Position numbers and translations under genes: made by a program. A DNA stretch of 64,000 bases from Rhizodiscina lignyota (Eukaryota): positions 3,038,001-3,102,000 of the forward strand of contig ML978121.1 of assembly GCA_010015805.1 (NCBI GenBank), written 5' to 3'. Positions 12,333-24,171 of the stretch are shown piece after piece; the stretch's first letter is position 1; every line of letters starts with the position of its first letter. The notes under the pieces were generated by a model. The model did not search any database and had not been told where the DNA came from. It worked only from the letters and a program-made list of their open reading frames with translations.

Positions 12333-13383
12333 GCCTCTTCGGCGCATTCGACGAGGTCAACTCATCCACTCTTCCGATCCTCGGATCGGACCAAGTGTGT
12401 CACTGAAAAGCTGGGGAACGCTGTCGTTGGATGCTTGGCATTAGCCTGAATTCCACGGTTCATAATCAAGCTCAGCACAGCAATTGAGGGTGTGGAATAA
12501 CGATTGATCAATGTGAGTGATGGAGGTCTCACAATACCGTATATACAATAATCAACCAGCAATATACCAGAAATGCGTTCCAGCTATTGAATTCCCCGTA
12601 AATGGTAACCTCCCGCGCCTGCCCTCGTACTCGCATTAAGTTTTCGGCTTTGGTCCGCAATTTGGAAGCGAAACTTCCAATCGGTCCAGCACGGCATAAA
12701 CGCCTGTTCCCCGTCCAATCGCACGGCCCGGAGGCTCCAAGGAGAGATTCTTAATATAAAGCCGTAAGCTTTTGCGTAGAGCGTGTGGATCGGCGCCACC
12801 GTGCGAGAAATTGAGTCAGGTGCAATAACGAGAGCTTTGTGGATTCAACATTCTGTGCTCAGCTCTTAATATTGTGACCCCAGTACGTAGTCTTCGTCTA
12901 AGTAAGATGATGGAGATGTAGGTACCCTCGCAGGCTGCATATCCTCCGACAAGCGCGGCGACTGAGCATTCCAAATTGACTGAAGAAGTGAGGAGGCATT
13001 ACCACAACATATTCCTAGCAATCATACGGAGTTTTCTCCAGGCCATTAATTCTGCGATTGCGATCAGCTGCCGCATTTATCTAGCGCGGGATCGCCTCCA
13101 CAGCCGCAGTGCAGACGCGAAGCTCAAGCGCAACGCCCAAGCCCAAGCTCGCTGCACTCGGCGTGTTCCCACTTTTCCGTGTGGTGAGCTCACCTGCAGC
13201 TAAGAAGCCATCGTCAGAGCGAACCCAAACTTCCCTCCAGTTTTCCCGGGCCTCGAACGCCCGAAGCGAGCCTTGCAACCGCCTCCGCATCATCAACCTC
13301 CATCACGGCCTCGACCATCTCTCTCACCCTCCAACCCACACGCTCATTCAGCCCTCCGCCCGCCACGGACAATCTCCCCCAAC

Positions 13384-14511
13384 ATGCCGCTGTGTGGTGG
13401 CTCGAAAACCGTGCAGCGGAAACTCGTGCTATTGTATGTTCACTCTGGAGGCATCGGCGGCGCCGAATTGGTTTTGCGCGCTGGCTTTGAGACACGCTGA
13501 CTGATGCTGTCGCAGAGGTGATGGTGCTTGCGGAAAGACGTCGCTCCTGAATGTTTTCACGAGAGGGTGAGTTTAACTACATTGACGCCGTGGATGCGCG
13601 GCTTCCACTTCTTCAATTGCGTATGGGCTGACAATGCTTGAATCGCAGATACTTCCCAACCGTATAGTGAGTAGCAACCCACGATGAATCTCCACGGCCC
13701 GTATCGCTAGCATGCGTAATAAGAGTATGGGCTAATCGCGATTCTCTTCTGCGATGCAGCGAACCTACAGTCTTCGGTATTTCGCCTTGACGCGCTTGGG
13801 TACTGATCGAATACACGCTAACGCTCGGCGGCAGAAAACTACGTACACGACATCTTCATCGACGGGACACATGTGGAATTGAGTCTCTGGGACACGGCAG
13901 GACAAGAGGAATTCGACCGGTTACGATCGTTAAGTTACGATGACACGCATGCGATAATGCTCTGCTTCAGCGTACGCCTCCCGATGCTGTGCCTCCTTTC
14001 CCGCAACTTCCCTATCAAAGTACACCATAGATATATTAGGATCCGCGCTGAAGGTTTTTGGTTGATATAGGTCGACTCACCCGACTCCCTCGAAAACATC
14101 GAAACAAAGTGGATGGGCGAGATTGAGGAGAACTGCCCCGGTGTCAAGATCGTGCTCGTCGCGCTGAAGTGTGATCTGCGCGAGCGACTTGGCGATGAGG
14201 AGGACGGCGAACAGCACGAGCCGAAACGACCGCTCATAGAGTACAAGCAAGGCTTACAGGTTGCACAGAAAATTAAGGCGCTAAGATACCTGGGTACGTG
14301 GATTATGCGGCGCAGCATTCTAATCGTAGCACGAGAGCGCGCAGTGCTGCTCATTTTGGGCCTTTGAATGATGCCATCGCTGACGACTATTCTAGAGTGC
14401 TCCGCGATGAAGAACCGCGGCGTCAACGAGGCATTCACCGAAGCTGCACGCGTTGCGCTCTCAGTCAAGGCGTCCAGCAAGGACAAGGACTCCAAATGCA
14501 TCGTCATGTAG
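13384..14511 (+). CDS. RHO3: Rho-family GTPase Rho3, multi-exon with micro-exons
   Basis: [69 protein letters not shown] and a C-terminal CAAX (KCIVM). Confidence 0.95.
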
Positions 14512-15333
14512 CGGAATCGCACGCCAACGCTCGCCATCAACCCCTCTACTTCATTCTCTCGAACTCGATCGATATCGTCACAGCCTCTCGCTCTTACATT
14601 CGGATTGTTCAAAAGTTTCGCATACCTCACCTCACCTCCCGCTACACTACACTACACGACCGTCACGCCTGTACCTCCCTTTACCACTCGACCCCTTATT
14701 AGTCATCATTTAATCTGCGGCTTCGCTTGACTTCTTGCGCGGCGTTCAGGTGGATTTGTGCTTTCACGGCAGACGGGTCGTCCCAGGCCTCGGAGACCGT
14801 TCTCAAACTACTATCTCTTTATTACTCCCGGCTATGGGACGAAGCGGTTTGACGGAGCGGATTAGAAGCGGCCCTCCAGAGGCTCGCTTTTCTTGGGTTC
14901 TTCGATGGGCATGGACATAGTGCGTTCTCATCCATCCCGCGGGATGCGGGTGAAAGCTAGAGTAGAAAACTCGATTCTTATTCAAACTCCCGTCTTCAAG
15001 TGGTCGTCTCGAGAATGTGCACAGTGCATCCAAGTGTCGCTGCATCACAGGAAATGGTTGGGGTCCAGGTAACTTTAATCTTCATGCATCGGAATTTCGT
15101 GTCTCAAATCATCGCTATTTACTCATTCACGCCGTGCCAGATGCCGCCGTGTCCATTAGAACTCCAAGAGGATACCAGAGTCCAAACATGTATTTGTCAC
15201 ACCATCAAGATGTGATAAAAATCCAAAACCGTCGTCCTTGTCGCCGTCGAAATGCAGCGTAGAAAGCCAATCCAATTTGCAATGCCACACATAAATCCAA
15301 TCTCGAGAACGCAAAGCTCTAGTGGAACGAAAT

Positions 15334-16199
15334 TCATGCATCCGTCATCTTCGCGTCGATTGGATTCTCCTTCTCCGACGTCGTAGTCGCCGGGCCCGAC
15401 GCGGCGCTGACAACACCAGTGAAGCCAGCATGTTCCGAGTGCTTCTTGTAGTAGTATGCGCTTTCCTTTGGAATCAGTTCCGGCGAGAGGCCATTCAGCA
15501 CAGTCTTGAGGATGTTCTGGATCCCGTCCTCGTGGTCGCCGTCGCGGTTCCAGATCGTGACAAGCGTGCTGGTAAAGCGAACAGAGAGAGAGATACCGCA
15601 GATGTCATCGCGGAACGCTGCATTGCATGTCAGTACTTGAACGATAAACTATAGAGAGTAGTGGGAGGGGAAGAAAACGTACTTGTCCTGTCAGTCTCCA
15701 CGGCCCTCTGCAGCTCGTCGCCAATGGCCATGACGCACGTCTCTTTCCAGAACTGCGGCGCCTTCTCCTTCGGCACGCGGAACGTCCAACTGCCTCCCCT
15801 CACATTCCTCGGGTCCTCCCACACCGGCTTCACGCCGTGGTGGAAGAGGTGCACGCTGTCCCGCAACGGCAGCGTCGTGACGTCGAAGTTGTTGAACAGC
15901 TCCCAGAACTGCTTGATGTCTGACACGGTGTGCAGATTGACGAGGCGGTCTTCATACGAGGGGCCAGTGGCCGCGCTGGAGTCGCTGTCGGGTGGGGACT
16001 CGGACCGCGCCTTGGGCTTGCGGTCCTGCCGGTCGTGCCAGAAGTCCCAGACGTGGCAGAGCGGGTAGCGGCCGGCGGTCTTCTGGCGGATGAAGGCGGC
16101 CATTTGCTTGCCGCGCGAGGGGGAAGAGGTTGCGGAGGCATCGGACTCGGAGATGCCGGGGAGGTGGGAGGTGAGGAGGTTGGGTAGACGGGTCGCCAT
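15334..16199 (-). CDS. Translation initiation factor eIF4E-family protein, non-class-I (2 exons)
   Basis: YPLCHVWDFWHD, FWELFNN, HLFHHGVKPVWEDPRNVRGGSW. Exon 2 reads DDICGISLSVRF...IWNRD...YYKKH. Confidence 0.9.
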
Positions 16200-17049
16200 T
16201 TTGTCGAATGTCGAGGATGTTTGGTAAGGAGAAGTGTACGTGATAATTGAGCCTGTGTAAGGTGATGTTAGTTTGTAAATGGTATGGAAGGAAAGTAAAG
16301 AAGATGTGAGGGGTAACGGTTAAATAGAAACAAGGTACAATAGGAAACAAACGCTATTGAAAGCGAGTCCGACTGAATAGATTGGAAACAACAGCCTGAG
16401 AAGCAAGCACGTCCCGAACATTCCCTGCAATCCTATTGTGTGGGAGGCTGGGAGCTCATTGCGGGACAATACCTAGCTTCCAACAATAGGCTTGATACAA
16501 GACACCCGTAGGCGATAGGGCGTGCTTCACCACAGAAACATATATGTGGTCCATGAGGGGCTTAATACCGTGCAGAAAGCAACGTTCAAAGCATGTAAAG
16601 CGCCTCTTCGAGTGGAATACTCGGTTTGAAACTGCAGCGAGACGTGTGGGCAAATGAGAGGATAGTCCACTCACCTGTTTCAGGAATGTAGATTCGAAGA
16701 CTCGAGGACAAGATGTCGCCAGGTGGAGCGTCGTGAATATGAGAAGACGAGAGAGAGCTGGAGGGACACTCGAGGCTTTAAAATGAGCGGAAGAGGTGAG
16801 ATTCACGACCTGAAGTGGCCAGTGGTGAAGTCAAAGGCTGTCTGTCACGCAGCGCCGCGTGCACCTCGCCCTATTTGGCTGCGAGGCGCGAGTTACGCGC
16901 CGATGCGGGAGGATCGCTAGCTGCAGCATGGCTCTGGTCCCTGCGCATGCTGTCACCGCCCGCCCAGTTCTGCCGCTTGGAGATCTCGCGACTTCAAGAC
17001 TCTAGTTCAAGAACATCACTGTCGACGGCGGAGAGAGGCTGATGTCGAC

Positions 17050-18261
17050 ATGGCGAACAAGGAACCTCCAACGCAGAAAGTCAGCGATGTCATTAGCGCT
17101 TTTCGCCCTACAAGAGTGAGTCCCCTCATATCTATCCGCCTCTGCACGCGAGTACTGACGCACTTTCAGCGATTCAAACCTGACGATCCCAAAGCACATG
17201 TCACATCTCTCGACTTTGACGACTCTGGTGAGCTGGCAATAGTCGCGCGGACCGATGATACACTTCAAATATACAATTGCAAAGAAGGCAAGCACGCAAA
17301 GGAGCTAAAGAGTCAGAAGTATGGGGTACACCTTGCGCGCTTCACTCACCATGCGCAAAGCATCTTGTACGCTAGTACGAAGGTCGATGGTACATTATAC
17401 CTTCCAATGCTGCAATAAATTGGCATTCCACTATCCTAGGTGTGAGATACGCTAATTTTGCTTACAGACACCATACGATATCTCTCCACACATGATAATT
17501 CCTACATCCGCTACTACCGTGGCCATGTCGCGCCAGTAACCAGCATCGCCCTCTGCCCATCAAACGACACGTTCCTTTCTTGCAGCCTCGACCATACCGT
17601 CCGCATTTGGTCTCTTAGTTCACCGAATCACACCGGAGTACTCAAACTCCATGCGCCATACCTCGCCTCCTACGATCCTTCTGCGTCCGTCATCGCCATT
17701 GCGTCTCCTCCCACCCAATCCATCCTCCTCTATGACCTCAGAAATTTCGACAAACCTCCATTCCAAACTTTTGACCTCCAGCCGTACGAAAGCAGACTCA
17801 ACCCTTCGGGACTAACCGCTCGGAGGCGCGGAGAGAGCAACTGGACAAAAATCGAATTTAGCAACGACGGGAAGCACATGCTGATCGGCACTGCTGGAGA
17901 CGGACACTATGTCCTAGACGCATTCGACGGTGATTTGAAGCATTACTGCGTCCGGCACAATGAATCGTTCGCATCATCTCGGCGAGCGCCTGGTTCATCA
18001 TCTTCGGCGCCGGTTGGACAAGGCGACGTGTGCTTCTCACCTGATGGCCGGTACTTGGTTGGGGGCAGTGGGACGGATGGCACCATGCTCGTGTGGGATA
18101 TCGAGACCGAAAGCTCGGACGATAAGGTCTTGGCAGCCTGTGCGCAGTTACCAGCATTGGGGAGACATGAGATTGTGGGATATAACCCACGCACAAATAT
18201 GTTATGCAGTGCTGACAGAGATGTCGTCATGTGGCTGCCGGACCCTGAGTTAGTTTCTTAA
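17050..18261 (+). CDS. SWD2: WD40 protein Swd2/WDR82 (COMPASS / CPF subunit)
   Basis: SQKYGVHLARFTH, STKVDD/TIRYLSTHDNSYIRYYRGH, LYDLRNFDKPPF and IEFSNDGK, with two introns. Confidence 0.92.
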
Positions 18262-18491
18262 ATGGGATCACCTGGACGAAGCAGATGGGCTGAAACGCAT
18301 TAGATACCCAGGAAATATCATGGAATCATTCATATTCGGGCATCATACACCACTCTCTGCTGAGATAATCATCACCGTCCTGCCTGTCCCTGGATATTTG
18401 GGTATCTTGAGCAAAATATCGAAGAGCCACCAACGCCACGCTAATAAAAGACACACTACTATCATGGACCACTGAATCGTCGTTATTCCCA

Positions 18492-19387
18492 TCAACCGAA
18501 CACTCCTGCTCTCTTCATCACGTTTTCGAACTCCTCAACCCCAACTCCTCTCTTCCATCCATCCTTTCCGCGGCCACCACTCTCTCCATTCGCCTCCAAG
18601 ATCATGTCTCTCAACACCTCGTCGCTAACCTCCTCTCTCAACTCTCTTGCCACTCTCCTCAGATGTGCCAGTGTGATAGGACCAGTCCCGCCCTTCGTGA
18701 ACAATTGGTATGCTGCAACGACTTCCTCCTCGTCTGTCACTACCTGCACGTTGCCTTTTCTCTTGCCTTTGCGCGTCGAGCCAGACTTCGCTTTCAATTT
18801 CGATGCAGACGCCGGAGCAGCGTAGTCGTCCTCTTCGCTAAGGTCTGCCGGGGGTGAGGAGACTGCGGAAGTAGATGGTGAGTCTGCGTTTGAGGAGTGG
18901 TCATCAAGGTATATAGCCGCAAGGCCTAGGAAAGGCCCGTAAGGCACGAAACCTGTGGATGTGGGGTCGAGGGTTTCGAGGATGCTGGGAAGGTCGGAAG
19001 ATGACGGCTGAATTCCAAGTGCTCTAAAAATACGCCAATCAGTTGTTGTCATCCCCAAAGGCTGTTTGGATGCGAAGATACATACATTAAACACCGCCGC
19101 ACGTCGTCGCGCTTCAGCACGCCCTCAACGCCGCTCTCGCCCACCTGGCCAACGAAGTCGGGATGTCGCACGGAGAACAGGGTGAACGCCTCGAGAATCT
19201 CAGATTCTTGTGCGGAGGAGATGTTGTGCTGCTTCGCCAGTTTTGAAGCGCGAGAAGGCTGTTGTGGCTCTTGTTGGCGAGCACCAGTGCGGGCTGTGGA
19301 AGCAGTCGCCGCAGCGCGACGTTTAGGCGCCTGTGGGACAACATTAGCAATTGAAGGACAGTGCAATCAGTGTCATGCACATACCAT
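18492..19387 (-). CDS. Centrin/calmodulin-like EF-hand protein with degenerate EF hands (3 exons)
   Basis: Exon 1 is ATG only (19385-19387), followed by GTATGT...CAG. Motifs: EILEAFTLF, LDPTSTGFV, AYQLFTKGGTGPITLAHLRRVARELREEVSDEVLRDMILEAN and EEFENVMKRAG. Confidence 0.8.
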
Positions 19388-20559
19388 TATCGCAGCGAAT
19401 TTCGACGAACGATTCGGACTTTGCGCTCTAATAGAAGACGCGCTCGCGTGACGTATTATGTAACAGTTGACGACGGGAAGTGCCGTCGACCAGGCCAGGT
19501 TCCGATATTTTCATTGGGACTTCACTTCAACCTCCCATCACGACCGTAGAGCAACATCATCAGTCTTAGCTCGTCAGCAGAGGAGTGCTGTACAGCAAAC
19601 TGCACACAATACATGACTTGAGAATCGTCATGTCGTTTGACCGGAAGGAGCAACAGCGTCTACCTACTCGATGAATATCCGGAGACGAAGACGTTTGTGT
19701 CCTGGCTCGAATTTTTTACAGCATGCCGTAGTGCATACTGGATTGTGAAGTCAGATGGTGGACCGTCCTTGTCCGCTTCATTCAAGTACTGGATATTCCC
19801 TCGTCCATAATACCGCAAATAGCCATCGCCGGAGACGAATTCTAAACGCACATGCCGCCGCCGGAGTTGTGCTCGACAATGGAACTCCTCCAAGTCACTG
19901 GCACATTGGCGTATTGAAGTCATCTTCTGACTATATTCTCCCTCTATCTTCACACTCATACGGAACCAAATGTGAAGATCTACCTCTTACGCTTCTAATA
20001 TGCTAGAGCTCACCATCGTCATTCAACCAGGATGCGTGAGTGTGGACAGAGAAGCAAGAACAAAATGTCCCCCTATTTCATTCACCGGGGGCTCTCCGCG
20101 CATTTCCGATTGCTCTTGCAACATCGAGAGTAACAGGTGTTCGGAGAGACATGATCTCCAATGGAACATCGTCATAACATGTCTCTCAAGGGGCGTTAGA
20201 AATCCTAGACTAGGTATCCCGCTGTAGCAGTTATGATTTCATATATAGCGAAAGTTGTCACCATGGAGCGTAGGTAGAGCATATGAATGGCGTGATGTTT
20301 GGGTAAAAGAGTACGAGATATACAATTTCAAGAGAAACGTACGCGGTACTACTTGTGATGCAAGACTCGGCAGATGATATCGAGATTTAGTCCGCGGATA
20401 CGTCGTTGTCATGGACGATGACCTCGAATTCAACACACGCCACGCTTCGAGCCGTGGAGCAATTTACATGCCAGATACGCGTTTCCACGGCGCAAGCAAC
20501 TGATGTCATCCGCAGTTGATACTGTCATTCTAATGACGTGCACGGAACAGTTGCGCAGA

Positions 20560-20566
20560 TATAAAA
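20560..20566 (+). promoter_or_regulatory. TATA box upstream of the secreted polyprotein gene
   Basis: TATAAAA about 95 bp before ATG 20656, followed by a CT-rich tract. Confidence 0.5.
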
Positions 20567-20655
20567 ACTCTTCAGATTCCAGATTCCACCTTCTTTCCTT
20601 CTCATCATCATCTTCGCAAATTCCTCCTCAGTACTGCTTACAATCCCACACCACC

Positions 20656-23598
20656 ATGAGGATCCGTCGGATCACAAGTCAAGTGCTCGCCCTTGGCACA
20701 CTAGCGCTCCTCATTTTCCTCCTATTCCCGACTTCTCGCACCCGTTCCTTTCTTTCCCATGATGAAGCTATTGTTCAGCGACATTCGTCTTTCGGCCCGA
20801 CGGGATTGAAAGAAAAGGACTTGGCGAGCCGTGAGGCAGGCGATCTTCCGGGTCTTAGCTCCGACATCACTCACACGGACGAATTGGATCATCATTCGCG
20901 GCAACTTGACTTGGACACGTTCTATCCCCAGGGCGAGAGTGAACATAATCCTCAGAGCCGGGCAAACCACGACAGCAACGAACAGGCTCCACAAGGCCAA
21001 GCTCAAGCAGGACCTGCGAATTCGAAGCCTTCTTCTCTCACCACACCTGACTCTGGCTCTCACAACTTGGACAACGACGCTTCCACAGATGAATCTCATT
21101 TGCAAGCTCGTGCTCCAGGATCAGTCTCGGACATCAGAAACTCTCTCTCTCTCGATACCACGGACGACTCGAACGTTCTCAACAAATCGCAACGCAATGT
21201 GGCTCTACAGAGAAGAGCTATTGACCTGCCCCATGATGCGAATATGCCGAAGGCGATGGGCCCTTGGGCTGAAAGAGGGTATATGCTCTTCATCCAGATC
21301 ATGCGTCCGAAGTCATCCAAAAACTATGGCGATGCGCCTTTCCAGCGTAGCTTTCACCTAACTACCGAGTTGAAGGACCACGGTTGGGTCAAGCAAGCTC
21401 CTGATCCAACATTAATACAGGGAGTTCATGATATGATGCCACACTATGCTCCAGCGTTCCACGACCTTGGAATTTCCACCCAATTTCCTCCAAATCGATT
21501 GGTGGACTGGACATATAAGCCTAGAGGAGAGGAGACGAGCTTTCGCCATTTGACCATGTACAACGTAGAAGACCGTGCTCTGATCAATTTACTTTCAAGT
21601 CAGCCGCATTTGGACTACGATAACCCCGCCCTAGCGGGGACTTGGAGTGACATTGTCTTCACGGAATGGTGCGACCTAAGCGGGCAGTACGTCACTGGTT
21701 TACGCAACGGACGTTGCGCGAACCCCACAAATATCATTCTACCTCGAGTGTCCGATGAGGGATCTCTTTGGGTGTTGAAGCATATTTTGCAGTTCTGGCC
21801 TCGTAGCCCCGAGGAGAAATTCGTCCCGGACTGGTCACACAGAATCACCATCACCTTTGATCTCGCGAATCCTACGGCGATGCTCAAGCTATTCTGTATC
21901 CTCGCTACTCCTGCAGGCTCCCAGGTCGCAGAATTCTTCTATACGCACAAGGCCAAGCTGCATAGGGCGGAGCTCAACTCTATAGTTATTTTCAAAGATG
22001 GCGTTTGTGCTATCGACCCAAAGGATTGCCCGCAGCCGTCCTGCAAAAAGGGGTTGAATAATAATTGGTACGATTGCGCGCCGTCTCTAATCTTCAACTT
22101 CAAAACGAGCGAAGGCACGGGCAGCGGCGCAAGTACCATCGGCCAAAACCAAGAATTCACATACCTGTTCAGGTGGGGAGGCGAACCGGAGGACCTCAGC
22201 TGTATCCCTCCAATGCCGAAGATTGACTCCTCTTTCCACACCCAGTACTTCGGCTACGAGATGCAGGACCCTGGTTACTATCGTGGCGGTCCACCTCAAA
22301 GTCCTCCAGGCGGCGACGCTGAAATGGCCGATGTTGGAGAACAGACAAAGCGGTCACTCTCGGAGACCAACAGCACACTCTCTCCCGACGCCACGGACGA
22401 CTCGAGCATTTTCGATGACGATACTCATAGCAATGTGACTTTGCAAAAAAGGTTACAAAATGTGGCCGAAATACCCCCGGCTATGGTTCAATATGCTGAG
22501 AGGGGAGAAAAGCTCCTCCGAAACTTGAGACGCCGTCTCAATTTCTTTGGTGTTGTAGCTCCCAATCAACGTCCTTGGTACCAATTGCCCAATCTGCAAC
22601 GTATGGGTTGGAATGTGGAGCATCCCCCACTCTTGGAGGAACCGTGGATCAATCAAGCTTCAGCTGAGTTAAAGCCTGATTTTACATCTGCGGCTGCCGG
22701 CTTGGGACTGAGCGACACATTCCCACCCAACAAATTCGCTAAGTGGACTTTGGGAGACCAAGACCTGGTTTATGGTATGAACATTGATGTACACCACGAA
22801 GGTATTTGGTTGGCCTGGATCGCTTACGGTAATGGCCAATACCAATTCCCGGAAGCCTGGAGGTGGTCTGACATCGCCCATACCGAATGGCTATCACAAA
22901 CCGGGGCCCCCCGCCAAAAGAAACCACCCAGAATAATTGTTAACTGTCGAATAATGGACCCTGAGACTCTTTTCGTAATCAAGCACATGTTACAGTATTG
23001 GCCAACGACCCATGCTCCGCCGCTTGAGCGTATACTCCAAAAATTTCCAAACAAAATGACATTCGCTCTGGACAACCCGGCAAGAACTGCTGGCTCACGA
23101 ATCCCAACTGGTCACGCGAATATTGTACAGCTTAATCAAGGCTACGCACTCCTTGGGACCCCTGTGGCAAATAGTGTTTATGAGTTCTTATATTCGCACA
23201 AAGAGACTTTGGGGAGCAACACCTATATCACGAAGGTGCATCTCTTCCGAGATGACACTTGCAGGGATGATGCAGGAGTATGTGCAGGGCCCATGTGCTT
23301 CCTTGTTCCAAAACTTTGGTGGTGGAATGATTGTCTACCATCACTCGCATTCGAAATCAAATTCCCTTCGGGCGGGTTCGGGCAGGGTGATCCAACCATT
23401 GCCGACCCAGATTATTTCACCATTCCTGATGTTTGCCCTCCCGACTATGATCAGTACTGGGCTTCTCAGGGGTTACATCCTCCTGCTGGAGCTGCTGGAC
23501 CCGTTGGAGCCGGCCCTGCTCACCAACAACGCTCGCCCTCGGAAACCAATAACACACTCTCTCCCAACAATTTGGACGACTCCGACGCCACAGACTGA
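20656..23598 (+). CDS. Uncharacterised secretory polyprotein with two homologous Cys/Trp-rich domains separated by dibasic-site propeptides
   Basis: Intronless ORF. The ATG in CACCATG context is followed by a basic then hydrophobic signal (MRIRRITSQVLALGTLALLIFLLFP). Internal duplication is visible by eye, with RR/KR sites at 21211-21216, 22348-22353 and 22447-22452. Confidence 0.85.
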   Translation: MRIRRITSQVLALGTLALLIFLLFPTSRTRSFLSHDEAIVQRHSSFGPTGLKEKDLASREAGDLPGLSSDITHTDELDHHSRQLDLDTFYPQGESEHNPQSRANHDSNEQAPQGQAQAGPANSKPSSLTTPDSGSHNLDNDASTDESHLQARAPGSVSDIRNSLSLDTTDDSNVLNKSQRNVALQRRAIDLPHDANMPKAMGPWAERGYMLFIQIMRPKSSKNYGDAPFQRSFHLTTELKDHGWVKQAPDPTLIQGVHDMMPHYAPAFHDLGISTQFPPNRLVDWTYKPRGEETSFRHLTMYNVEDRALINLLSSQPHLDYDNPALAGTWSDIVFTEWCDLSGQYVTGLRNGRCANPTNIILPRVSDEGSLWVLKHILQFWPRSPEEKFVPDWSHRITITFDLANPTAMLKLFCILATPAGSQVAEFFYTHKAKLHRAELNSIVIFKDGVCAIDPKDCPQPSCKKGLNNNWYDCAPSLIFNFKTSEGTGSGASTIGQNQEFTYLFRWGGEPEDLSCIPPMPKIDSSFHTQYFGYEMQDPGYYRGGPPQSPPGGDAEMADVGEQTKRSLSETNSTLSPDATDDSSIFDDDTHSNVTLQKRLQNVAEIPPAMVQYAERGEKLLRNLRRRLNFFGVVAPNQRPWYQLPNLQRMGWNVEHPPLLEEPWINQASAELKPDFTSAAAGLGLSDTFPPNKFAKWTLGDQDLVYGMNIDVHHEGIWLAWIAYGNGQYQFPEAWRWSDIAHTEWLSQTGAPRQKKPPRIIVNCRIMDPETLFVIKHMLQYWPTTHAPPLERILQKFPNKMTFALDNPARTAGSRIPTGHANIVQLNQGYALLGTPVANSVYEFLYSHKETLGSNTYITKVHLFRDDTCRDDAGVCAGPMCFLVPKLWWWNDCLPSLAFEIKFPSGGFGQGDPTIADPDYFTIPDVCPPDYDQYWASQGLHPPAGAAGPVGAGPAHQQRSPSETNNTLSPNNLDDSDATD

Positions 23599-24171
23599 GT
23601 GCTTTTGTCAAGAGCACAGGCAATTCCTTTGTTTCTTTTAGAGCTGTACTGGGTCGGCGAAATATTGTAGTGGGTGAATGATGAACTTAATGGGAGGCGG
23701 AGGCTTTGAATCGCTCTGAGACATGACTCTTATGAAGGGATGCCCTAATCATGTATCTTACACCCTCATACTAGAATTTCCTTGCACCAATGACACAGAT
23801 CTGCTCAGGCTTGTAGACTTTTGGTCCTTCTGCTATCATAATGAACATGCGCTAGAGCGGTCGTGCCCTTGTCATTCAGTTACCAAATGAATCCACGGAT
23901 GCGAGAGAACAGAAGTACACGAAGAGGTAAGAAATGATTTGACTGCTAAGATGGACAGAAGTCAAAAGATACAGTATGCTTTTCCGCAGATAAAGTACTG
24001 ATTTCTCTGCTTAGACGCTCAGTGAGCAGCTCGCTACCAAAACACGGTATCACTATCTCCTTAGTAACAGGAACAAGAAGACCCCAATTCGATGTGACAC
24101 ACACCAATCCAATGCCCAAGTTGTTTACTTGCTTTCAAACACACAAATCCACGCCTTTCCCATTACTCGTT

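Noticed and set aside
19660..19959. 99-aa minus-strand ORF upstream of the polyprotein gene (likewise 31502..31840)
   Set aside because: Short, with no recognisable motif or splice support.
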